A stretch of 24,338 nucleotides of DNA from Actinomycetota bacterium (GTDB lineage: Bacteria > Margulisbacteria > Marinamargulisbacteria > GCA-2716485 > GCA-002719695), in contig NZWE01000033.1 of assembly GCA_002697535.1 (NCBI GenBank), forward strand, positions 16,983 through 41,320, given 5' to 3'. Positions 6,989-14,278 of this stretch are shown piece by piece. Numbering within the stretch: the first letter of the stretch is position 1; the number at the start of each line of letters is the position of its first letter. The notes beneath the pieces were generated by a model. It was not told where the DNA came from. It was given only the letters and a program-made list of their open reading frames with translations, and ran no database searches. A program made the translations under genes and the position numbers.

Positions 6989-7684
6989 TTGCCAAAACGT
7001 AAGTTACAAGTTAACAAGCAATCTGGGGGTGATGGAGGTGCTAGTGAGGTTCAAACAATTTATGCTGATTTAGTTACTTTTGTTATGATGTTATTTATTT
7101 TGTTATTTGTTTTGTCTTATAATGACGAGAAATCACAGGACTTTATTACAGAACTACAAATTAAATTTGGTGAAGAAGTAGAAGATAAACAACAAACATT
7201 AACTACGGATGCGTTGTTGGTTAGTAAAATTAATCATTATATTAAAAAAGAAGATTTATCTGAGTATGCTCATGTTGTTGTTGATGAGTATCGGGTTAAA
7301 ATGATTTTAAATCCACCTATTTTGTTTGATAGTGGTAAGGTTGCGATTAAACAAGCTGGTAAAAAAGTTTTAGCGGGGGTTGGTGATATTTTTGATAATG
7401 TTGTTAATCCTTTGGAAATTGAGGGACATACGGATAATGTTCCTATTAATACAGAAGAGTATGCTTCCAATTGGGAATTATCATTTTTTAGAGCTTTTTC
7501 GGTTGTTAAATATTATATTTTTTCACGTGGCTATGATCCTGTTAGAATGACGGCGAAAGGATTTGGTGAATATCGTCCTATTGTTGATAATAGTACAGTT
7601 TTGAATCGTGCTCAAAATCGGCGTATTGAAATTAATGTTATTCGTATTACGGAAACAGATGATTTTGATGATGCGTCTTATTAG
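6989..7684 (+). CDS. motB: Flagellar-type stator B subunit (MotB; OmpA-like peptidoglycan-binding C-terminal domain)
   Basis: TTG start 5-6 nt after SD AGGGGA. There is a single TM helix with the invariant channel Asp in IYADLVTFVMMLF (D27, nt 7067-7069). The C-terminus has the OmpA_C signature EGHTDNVP...SNWELSFFRAFSVVKY...GFGEYRP...NRRIEINV. Confidence 0.9.
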   Translation: MPKRKLQVNKQSGGDGGASEVQTIYADLVTFVMMLFILLFVLSYNDEKSQDFITELQIKFGEEVEDKQQTLTTDALLVSKINHYIKKEDLSEYAHVVVDEYRVKMILNPPILFDSGKVAIKQAGKKVLAGVGDIFDNVVNPLEIEGHTDNVPINTEEYASNWELSFFRAFSVVKYYIFSRGYDPVRMTAKGFGEYRPIVDNSTVLNRAQNRRIEINVIRITETDDFDDASY

Positions 7685-7838
7685 TTATTAAGTTACTATT
7701 TATTAAATTTATAAGATTTTTTTATGATGTGTTGTTATGGCTTCAATATTATCATATAAATCTTTCAATTTTATGCTAGGAGCTATTATTATAATGCTTG
7801 GTTTTTACATTTTTATTTGGATTAACAGAGTGTTGGGT

Positions 7839-9182
7839 TTATCTAAAGATTGGGGAATTTAGAAAATCATCGTTAGTTTCAGTTTGGCTTAATAGTTTTA
7901 TTAGTTCTTCTGTTGCAGATTCAGAATCGATATTTTTTCGTAATAAATAGGCCTTTTTAAGAATATCATTGGGGATTAGTAATTCTTCTTTTCGTGTTCC
8001 AGAATTAATGATATCAATGGCTGGAAAGATACGTCGATTGGCTAAACGTCTTTCTAGATGCAGTTCCATATTACCTGTTCCTTTAAATTCTTCATAGATA
8101 ATGTCATCCATTCTGGATCCTGTATCTACTAATGCGGTTGATATAATGGTTAAACTACCTCCATTTTCAATGTTTCTTGCTCCTCCAAAAAATCGTTTTG
8201 GTTTATGAAGTGAACTTGGATCTAATCCTCCTGATAATGTTCTACCGGATGGTGGTACAACTAGGTTATAGGCTCTTGCTAAACGCGTGATACTATCTAG
8301 TAAGATCACAACATCTTTTTGAGCTTCAACAAGTCTTTTAGCACTTTCTAATACTAATTCAGATATTCTTACATGTTGCTCGGGGGGTTCATCAAAGGTT
8401 GAATAAATTACTTCACCATTTACAGATCGTTCCATATCGGTTACTTCTTCAGGTCGTTCATCAATTAATAATACTTTAATGATTACTTCAGGATGATTAA
8501 TGGAGATGCTATTAGCGATTTCTTTTAAAATACTAGTTTTTCCTGCTTTTGGGGGTGATACGATCATGGATCGTTGACCTTTTCCTATGGGGCTTAACAT
8601 ATCAATGATACGGCTTGAAATAGGAGTTTGGTCAGTTTCTAGTTTTAGTTGGGTATCAGGATAAATAGGTGTTAATTGTGAAAAATGAGTTCGTGTTTTT
8701 GTATTAGTCGGATCTTGTTCATTAATGGTTTCTATGTGTAATAATGAAAAGTATCGTTCATCTGCTTTTGGCGGACGAATTTCTCCCAGAATAATGTCTC
8801 CGGATGATAGGTTGAATCGACGAATTTGTGCTTGTGACATATAAATGTCGTAGGCACTTGGTAAATAATTTTCTGTTCTTAAAAATCCGTATCCATCAGG
8901 TAATATTTCTAATATCCCATAGGCAATAATAATTTCATCTGCTTCAACTTTTTTTGTTAAAATCTTTTGAAATAATTCTTCCTTATTTAATAATTCAGGG
9001 CTTTCTATTTTTTTTACTTCTGGTAATTCTAGTAATTTTTGTAATGATGTTGATTTTAAAGTATTTAAACTCGTCGATGGTTGTAATATGTTTTTTTTAG
9101 ATTTTGTTTCTTGTGTTTCTTGTGTTTCCTGTGTTTCTTTTAGGTTCTTTTTTTTATCATTACTCTGATTTTTTTTTGTCAT
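7839..9182 (-). CDS. rho: Transcription termination factor Rho with a Lys/Gln/Glu/Thr-rich N-terminal extension
   Basis: 447 aa. It has the Rho N-terminal/CSD region ([14 protein letters not shown], ...[19 protein letters not shown]), Walker A ([14 protein letters not shown]), Walker B ([11 protein letters not shown]) and the C-terminal RKEELL motif. An AAGG SD lies upstream of the ATG at 9182. Confidence 0.95.
   Translation of the reverse strand: MTKKNQSNDKKKNLKETQETQETQETKSKKNILQPSTSLNTLKSTSLQKLLELPEVKKIESPELLNKEELFQKILTKKVEADEIIIAYGILEILPDGYGFLRTENYLPSAYDIYMSQAQIRRFNLSSGDIILGEIRPPKADERYFSLLHIETINEQDPTNTKTRTHFSQLTPIYPDTQLKLETDQTPISSRIIDMLSPIGKGQRSMIVSPPKAGKTSILKEIANSISINHPEVIIKVLLIDERPEEVTDMERSVNGEVIYSTFDEPPEQHVRISELVLESAKRLVEAQKDVVILLDSITRLARAYNLVVPPSGRTLSGGLDPSSLHKPKRFFGGARNIENGGSLTIISTALVDTGSRMDDIIYEEFKGTGNMELHLERRLANRRIFPAIDIINSGTRKEELLIPNDILKKAYLLRKNIDSESATEELIKLLSQTETNDDFLNSPIFR
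9105..9140 (-). repeat. In-frame 9-bp tandem repeat (about 4 copies) inside the rho 5' region, encoding (K/Q)ET repeats
   Basis: The + strand reads tgtttcttg/tgtttcttg/tgtttcctg/tgtttcttt, which encodes [13 protein letters not shown] in Rho. It is flanked by an A9 run (9169-9177 on +) directly after the start codon and an A8 run (9148-9155). Confidence 0.85.
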
Positions 9183-9336
9183 TATTATATACCTTTTTTA
9201 TGATAATTCTTGGTCTTTTTTTTGGATTCTTATGATGTTTACACTGTTTTTTTTCTTCTTAAACATAAATTTTGTGTTTTGGGTTGTATTGTTTTTTGCT
9301 ATATTTTGCTTGATTTGGTATATTAACAATAGTTCT

Positions 9337-10017
9337 ATGGTTTATTCTTTGCTTTATATTGTTGCTTTTTTTACTTTATTTAATGCTTTTGGTTTAGCTA
9401 GTTTCGCTGAAGAAGGTGTGGTTGTATCTGATTCTGTTGTCACCTCTTCTGTTGTTGAGTTAGATATGTCTCATATGGATTTCTTCTCTAAAGACTTAAA
9501 GTCTTTAGAAACTACTTTAGAAGTCAAAAATTATGTGGATAGTCTTGATATTCTTGAAAAAGTTAGAGATAGAATCCAATTTCAGCAAAACCGTGTTATG
9601 TCTTCTTTTTTCCCTTTATCTTTAGAGGGATGGTCTTTAAAAAAGAAGGAAAGTATTATTGATAATGAGCTGGCTAATACAGATTATGGTGTTATTTTTA
9701 CACAAAGTTATTTTAATAAGCAGGGACATACTATCGAAATTAATGTTGTTAATGCTGAAGAATTAATTCGAGATTATAACGATTTATTTAATAACCCTGG
9801 GTTGGTTAGGGGGATGGGGAATACTCATATTATTGATCAAAAGGGATATAAGACAATTGAAACGGTTTTTGATGATGTTAAACACTATGAACAAAATATT
9901 GTTTTATCTAATACTGTTATTATGACTTTAATTGCTATTGGTATTGATGATGTTAGTATTTTGAATAATTTTATTGAATTTGTTGATATTGAAGCGTTAG
10001 ATTTATATTTAAATTAA
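9337..10017 (+). CDS. Secreted hypothetical protein
   Basis: The ORF is open from 9232. Starting at M36 (ATG 9337) gives a good signal peptide, MVYSLLYIVAFFTLFNAFGLASFA/EEG. The stretch 9183-9336 is needed as the divergent rho promoter/5' region. I recognise no family motif. Confidence 0.6.
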   Translation: MVYSLLYIVAFFTLFNAFGLASFAEEGVVVSDSVVTSSVVELDMSHMDFFSKDLKSLETTLEVKNYVDSLDILEKVRDRIQFQQNRVMSSFFPLSLEGWSLKKKESIIDNELANTDYGVIFTQSYFNKQGHTIEINVVNAEELIRDYNDLFNNPGLVRGMGNTHIIDQKGYKTIETVFDDVKHYEQNIVLSNTVIMTLIAIGIDDVSILNNFIEFVDIEALDLYLN

Positions 10018-10072
10018 AATGTAATATGGAGTCACTATCATTACTATGATAAAATCCGCAGTAATAGATTTT

Positions 10073-10148
10073 GCTCCTGTAGCTCAGTCGGTAGAGCGCA
10101 TCCATGGTAAGGATGAGGCCGTCGGTTCAAATCCGATCGGGAGCTCCA
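10073..10148 (+). tRNA. tRNA-Thr (anticodon GGT), with encoded CCA
   Basis: I folded the cloverleaf by hand. Acceptor GCTCCTG/CGGGAGC; D-arm GCTC-AGTCGGTA-GAGC; anticodon arm CATCC-ATGGTAA-GGATG with anticodon GGT at 10106-10108; variable loop AGGCC; T-arm GTCGG-TTCAAAT-CCGAT; discriminator T followed by CCA. It lies directly upstream of tuf, as thrT does with tufB in E. coli. Confidence 0.93.
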
Positions 10149-10185
10149 CTTAATAAAAAATATTTAAATAAGGAGAATATAATAA

Positions 10186-11388
10186 ATGGCAAAAGAAAAA
10201 TTCGAACGAAATAAACCACATGTAAATATCGGAACCGTAGGTCACGTTGATCACGGAAAAACAACGTTAACAGCCGCCATTACAAAGGTATTATCATCTG
10301 CTGGTGGTGCTGAATTTAAGGCATATGATCAGATTGATTCAGCTCCTGAAGAAAAAGAAAGAGGGATTACGATAGCAACAGCTCATGTTGAGTATGAAAC
10401 AGATAATAGGCATTATGCGCATGTTGATTGTCCAGGTCACGCTGATTATGTAAAAAACATGATTACAGGTGCGGCACAAATGGATGGGGGAATTTTAGTT
10501 GTAAGTGCAGCGGATGGTCCTATGCCACAAACAAGAGAGCATATTTTATTAGCAAGACAGGTAAATGTACCTTCATTGGTTGTTTTCTTAAATAAAACAG
10601 ATCAAGTAGATGATCCGGAATTAATTGAATTAGTAGAGATGGAATTAAGAGAGTTATTAACAAAGTATGAGTTTCCAGGAGACGATATACCATTTGTGCA
10701 AGGGTCTGCATTAAAAGCATTAGAAAGTAGTGATAATAGTAAAGATAATGCTGATGTAAAATGTATCTGGGATTTAATGGATCAAGTAGATCAGTATATA
10801 CCAATTCCAGAGCGAGCAACGGATAAGCCATTTTTGATGCCAGTAGAAGATGTATTTAGTATTACAGGGCGAGGAACTGTAGGAACAGGACGTGTAGAAA
10901 GAGGTGTGGTTAATGTTAATGATGAAGTCGATTTAGTAGGAATGGCAGAAGAGATACGAAAAGTAACGGTAACGGGTGTAGAGATGTTCCGTAAGTTATT
11001 AGATCAGGGAGAAGCTGGAGATAACGTTGGTATTTTATTAAGAGGGATAGAAAGAGAAGAATTATTAAGAGGACAGGTATTAGCTAAAGCAGGTTCAATT
11101 AAACCGCATACAAAATTTAAAGCAGAAGTTTATGTCTTGAAAAAGGAAGAGGGTGGAAGACACACTCCATTTTTCAAAGGATATAGACCACAGTTTTATA
11201 TTCGAACGACAGATGTAACTGGATCCGTGATATTACCAGATGGAGTAGAGATGGTAATGCCTGGTGATAATATTTCAATTGATGTTGAATTGATTATACC
11301 TGTAGCATGTGAAGAAGGATTACGATTTGCAATACGAGAAGGTGGCCGAACAGTTGGTGCTGGTGTTGTAACCAAGATTATTGCGTAA
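10186..11388 (+). CDS. tuf: Translation elongation factor Tu
   Basis: 400 aa with [10 protein letters not shown] (G1), DCPGH (G3), NKTD (G4, normally NKCD) and SAL (G5), plus full-length EF-Tu similarity. SD AAGGAG is at 10170-10175. Confidence 0.98.
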   Translation: MAKEKFERNKPHVNIGTVGHVDHGKTTLTAAITKVLSSAGGAEFKAYDQIDSAPEEKERGITIATAHVEYETDNRHYAHVDCPGHADYVKNMITGAAQMDGGILVVSAADGPMPQTREHILLARQVNVPSLVVFLNKTDQVDDPELIELVEMELRELLTKYEFPGDDIPFVQGSALKALESSDNSKDNADVKCIWDLMDQVDQYIPIPERATDKPFLMPVEDVFSITGRGTVGTGRVERGVVNVNDEVDLVGMAEEIRKVTVTGVEMFRKLLDQGEAGDNVGILLRGIEREELLRGQVLAKAGSIKPHTKFKAEVYVLKKEEGGRHTPFFKGYRPQFYIRTTDVTGSVILPDGVEMVMPGDNISIDVELIIPVACEEGLRFAIREGGRTVGAGVVTKIIA

Positions 11389-11414
11389 TTTAAAGCGTTT
11401 TTTTTAATTCGTGT

Positions 11415-11448
11415 AAAAAGGGTTTCGATTTCGAAACCCTTTTTTTTT
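11415..11448 (+). terminator. Rho-independent terminator of tRNA-Thr/tuf
   Basis: A-tract, then GGGTTTCGA (11420-11428), tt, TCGAAACCC (11431-11439), followed by a T9 run (11440-11448). It lies 27 nt after the tuf stop. Confidence 0.85.
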
Positions 11449-11568
11449 GATAGGATATTGCTTTATTATATGTGTGCTTTTAGCAATAACAATTAAAGAA
11501 TAGTTTAAATTTTGTTTAGGTTAAATGATGTTTGCCTAATATAAATTTTGGTTGTTTTCTTGTATAGT

Positions 11569-12924
11569 ATGATTATGAATTTAGATCAATTAAAGGATTC
11601 TTTAGTAGGTTCTGTACATAATGATTCAGAGTTTTTATCACATTATTCTGCTGATAAATCTTATCTAGATCCTGTGTTACCTTCATTGGTTATTGTGCCT
11701 GAATGTGAAGCTGATATTGAATATTTATTAGCGTATGCTAATGCTAATAACCAACCTGTTACGGTGAGGGGAGGGGGCTCTGGTAAATCGGGAGGTGCTA
11801 TTCCTGAACTAAATGGGATTGTGGTTTCATTTGAAAAAATGACTGCTATTTCAACCGTAGATATTGCTAATCGTTGTGTTGTGGTTCAACCAGGGGCTAT
11901 TTTAGATGATATTAAGCATGCTGTTGAAGAACAGGGGTTATGGTATCCTATTGATCCATCTAGTTCAGATTGGTGTACGATTGGGGGTAATGTTGCTGAA
12001 AATGCAGGGGGAGCTAATGCATTAAAATATGGAGTTACGGGGGATTATATTTTGGCTGTATCTGGTTTTTTTGGAAATGGAAAACCTTTTTCATTTGGAC
12101 GTAAATGTCATAAGGATGTGGCTGGATATGATATTAAATCGTTGCTTATTGGCAGTGAAGGAACGTTAGGGATTATTACAAGTATTACGTTAAAACTGAT
12201 TCCAAAACCTCGTTTTAGTCAATCATTTTGGTGTTCTTTTTCTTCTTTACAAGCGATTTGTCAATTTTTTCAAACACTTTCGGTATCATCGTATCAACTT
12301 TCGGCTGCTGAATGTATTCAACCGGCTTGTTTAGCCGCTGTTGCTTCGTATTTGGATGAGGATATTTCTTTTTTAAATGGCCCTGCGTTGTTATGTCGTT
12401 ATGAATCTGATTCTCAGGAGGGGCTTGATCAGTTTCGTGATGTTTTGCTTGAACAGTGTAATGTGTTTGATGCTTCCTGTCATATGGAATCTGATGATTT
12501 ATATTGGTTAGTGAGACGCTCTATTTCGGATGCTTTAGGAGATAGGTATCGGCATAAATTTTCTGAAGATATTACGGTTCCTTCAGGGGCTGTTAAGGAT
12601 TATTTGGATTATATTCCTACTTTGGCAATAAAGGGGACGGTGATTGTGTGTTATGGTCATTTAGGGGATGGTAATATTCACACTAATATTTTAAATGAAT
12701 CTTTGTCTGAAGAGGCTTGGGGAGTTGCTAAACGTAGCATGATTGATCAGATTATGGCTTATGCTGTTGAATTAGGGGGAACTTTAACAGGTGAACATGG
12801 TATAGGCTTAACTAAAAAGGATTATATGGATTCTTATTTTTCTGAGTATGAATTAGCTATTTTAAAAGGTGTTAAACGTGTTTTTGATCCCAATACTATT
12901 TTAAATCCATCAAAATTGTTTTAG
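11569..12924 (+). CDS. FAD-linked oxidase/dehydrogenase (GlcD / D-lactate dehydrogenase family)
   Basis: FAD_binding_4-type motifs are present (VTVRGGGSGKSGGAIP, DPSSSDWCTIGGNVAENAGGANALKYGVTGDYIL). So are C-terminal family motifs (GHLGDGNIHTNI, GTLTGEHGIGLTKK, KRVFDPNTILNPSK). The track start (TTG 11548) is unlikely. The real start is ATG 11569 or ATG 11575; the latter lies 6 nt after TATAGT at 11563-11568. Confidence 0.85.
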   Translation: MIMNLDQLKDSLVGSVHNDSEFLSHYSADKSYLDPVLPSLVIVPECEADIEYLLAYANANNQPVTVRGGGSGKSGGAIPELNGIVVSFEKMTAISTVDIANRCVVVQPGAILDDIKHAVEEQGLWYPIDPSSSDWCTIGGNVAENAGGANALKYGVTGDYILAVSGFFGNGKPFSFGRKCHKDVAGYDIKSLLIGSEGTLGIITSITLKLIPKPRFSQSFWCSFSSLQAICQFFQTLSVSSYQLSAAECIQPACLAAVASYLDEDISFLNGPALLCRYESDSQEGLDQFRDVLLEQCNVFDASCHMESDDLYWLVRRSISDALGDRYRHKFSEDITVPSGAVKDYLDYIPTLAIKGTVIVCYGHLGDGNIHTNILNESLSEEAWGVAKRSMIDQIMAYAVELGGTLTGEHGIGLTKKDYMDSYFSEYELAILKGVKRVFDPNTILNPSKLF

Positions 12925-13950
12925 TTATTCTGCCAATTCGAACATTTTTTCAATACAATGAATGGCTTTGTGTCGAGTTTCTGAGTCAATACTTATGTTT
13001 TGTGCTTCAGTTGGACTTTTTAAGACGGCTTCAATATTATCTAAAGAGTTGGCTTTCATGTATTTGCACATGGTACAGGTTCCTACGAATTTTTTGTTTG
13101 GAATTTCGGTTTGTAACCGGCTTGTTAGGCCACATTCAGTCAGTAAAAAATAGGAATCATGGCTAGTATCTTTTACATGATTAATAATTTGTGATGTGGA
13201 TCCTGTATAATCAGCACGATCAACAATGTCAGGGCTACATTCTGGATGGGCTAACACAGAAATGTTAGGGTGTTTTAGTCTTACATAATCAATCATTTCA
13301 GGATTATATTCTTCATGTACATAACAGGATCCGTCCCAATAGCGTATTGTTTTATGACAGTTTCTTCGTTTTAGTTCATTAATTAAATTTTTACCCATTA
13401 GTTTGTCAGGTAAAAAATAGATGTAGTTACTATCAATTTTTTCTGCAATATCGTATACATTGGATGATGTTACACAGACATCACATTCTGCTTTTACAGC
13501 TGCTGTTGTATTGATATAACACATAAAAACATAATTAGGGTATTTCTTTTTTAGTTGTTTGATATCGTGAGTTGTTATTGAATCAGCAAGGCTACAACCA
13601 TTAAAGGTTCCTGGAATATACACATTTTTGCTTGGGTTTAATAGTTTGGCTGTTTCTGCCATAAATTTTACAGCAGAAAAAATAATAGTGTCAGCTGTAG
13701 TGTTTTTGGCTTGTTTGCTAAGGCCATAGGAATCTCCTACATAATCAGCAACACAGCGAACGATTTCTGGTACAACATAAGAATGGGCTAAAATAATAGC
13801 ATTTTTTTCTTTTTTAAGGGTATTAATTCGATTGATTTTGGGGACTAATGTTTCACATATTTCTGGAGTATATAAACAAATATTTCCACCTAATGTTACT
13901 GATTTTAGTTCCTCATATAAGGTTTCAGTTGTCCATGTTATGTGTGACAT
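12925..13950 (-). CDS. nadA: Quinolinate synthase A
   Basis: NadA family similarity, with the three [4Fe-4S] Cys contexts NGCSLADS, GSCYVHEEY and GTCTMCKYM. I prefer the start at M11 of the track ORF (ATG 13950..13948), which overlaps the ferredoxin stop as TAATG. Confidence 0.9.
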   Translation of the reverse strand: MSHITWTTETLYEELKSVTLGGNICLYTPEICETLVPKINRINTLKKEKNAIILAHSYVVPEIVRCVADYVGDSYGLSKQAKNTTADTIIFSAVKFMAETAKLLNPSKNVYIPGTFNGCSLADSITTHDIKQLKKKYPNYVFMCYINTTAAVKAECDVCVTSSNVYDIAEKIDSNYIYFLPDKLMGKNLINELKRRNCHKTIRYWDGSCYVHEEYNPEMIDYVRLKHPNISVLAHPECSPDIVDRADYTGSTSQIINHVKDTSHDSYFLLTECGLTSRLQTEIPNKKFVGTCTMCKYMKANSLDNIEAVLKSPTEAQNISIDSETRHKAIHCIEKMFELAE

Positions 13951-14174
13951 TAATATTTCTCGATTGCTCCTACAGGACATGCGTCTATGGCTTCATTACA
14001 TAAGGATATGTCATTATTTGAATTAGGTTGATTATACACAAAGGCATGGTCATAATCATGGGTTAATTTGAAGTTTTTGGGAGCAATATCTGTGCAGGTA
14101 TCACAGGCGATGCATGCATCATGCACGTAAAAGGGGCCATTTTTATTGTCATCATAAATATATTTTTTGCTCAT
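13950..14174 (-). CDS. Small single-cluster ferredoxin (Cx2Cx2C...CP type)
   Basis: 74 aa containing CIACDTC, with the distal Cys in IDACPVGAI. It is translationally coupled to nadA. Confidence 0.8.
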   Translation of the reverse strand: MSKKYIYDDNKNGPFYVHDACIACDTCTDIAPKNFKLTHDYDHAFVYNQPNSNNDISLCNEAIDACPVGAIEKY

Positions 14175-14278
14175 TTTTCTTACTCAAGTAAGGATAGTTT
14201 AAAAGGTAGGGAAAATGAGTACAAGGGCTTTTATATATTTTTTTTAAAAAAGACAGTATTATTAAGATTAGTTTTTCT

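Noticed and set aside
7270-7470. Antisense ORF inside motB
   Set aside because: It is nested opposite the conserved OmpA-like domain and has no independent support.
6200-7684. Reading MotA/MotB as a Zorya-type anti-phage system
   Set aside because: ZorA proteins carry a very long C-terminal tail, and Zorya loci include ZorC/D or ZorE-type effector genes. Here MotA is only 259 aa, there are no nuclease or helicase partners, and the adjacent partner is FliG-like.
6200-7684. Reading the pair as TolQR/ExbBD
   Set aside because: The A subunit has the 4-TM MotA topology rather than the 3-TM TolQ/ExbB topology. The B subunit has a full OmpA-like peptidoglycan-binding domain, as MotB does, and there are no tolA/tolB/pal/tonB neighbours.
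9232-9336. N-terminal extensions implied by the ORF track: 9232 for the secreted protein, 11548 TTG for the oxidase, 13980 for nadA, 16558 TTG for the 615-aa orphan, and 20086 for the ProA-like gene
   Set aside because: The upstream codons encode implausible sequence, overlap neighbouring genes or promoter regions, or use non-ATG starts when a better-placed ATG follows. Downstream starts give a signal peptide, a TAATG coupling or a promoter-consistent geometry.
10018-10148. tRNA-Thr as an integration site for a genomic island
   Set aside because: There is no integrase, and I found no direct repeat of the tRNA 3' end downstream by eye. The tRNA-Thr/tuf linkage is an ancient conserved arrangement.
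10520-10831. 103-codon ORF antisense to tuf
   Set aside because: It is a by-product of tuf's A-ending codon bias, since T-rich antisense DNA has few stops. EF-Tu is unambiguous on the other strand.
14179-14192. Palindrome CTTAC-TCAA-GTAAG immediately upstream of the ferredoxin start, as a possible regulatory hairpin
   Set aside because: It has only a 5-bp AT-rich stem, which is expected by chance in this composition. I have no supporting second element.
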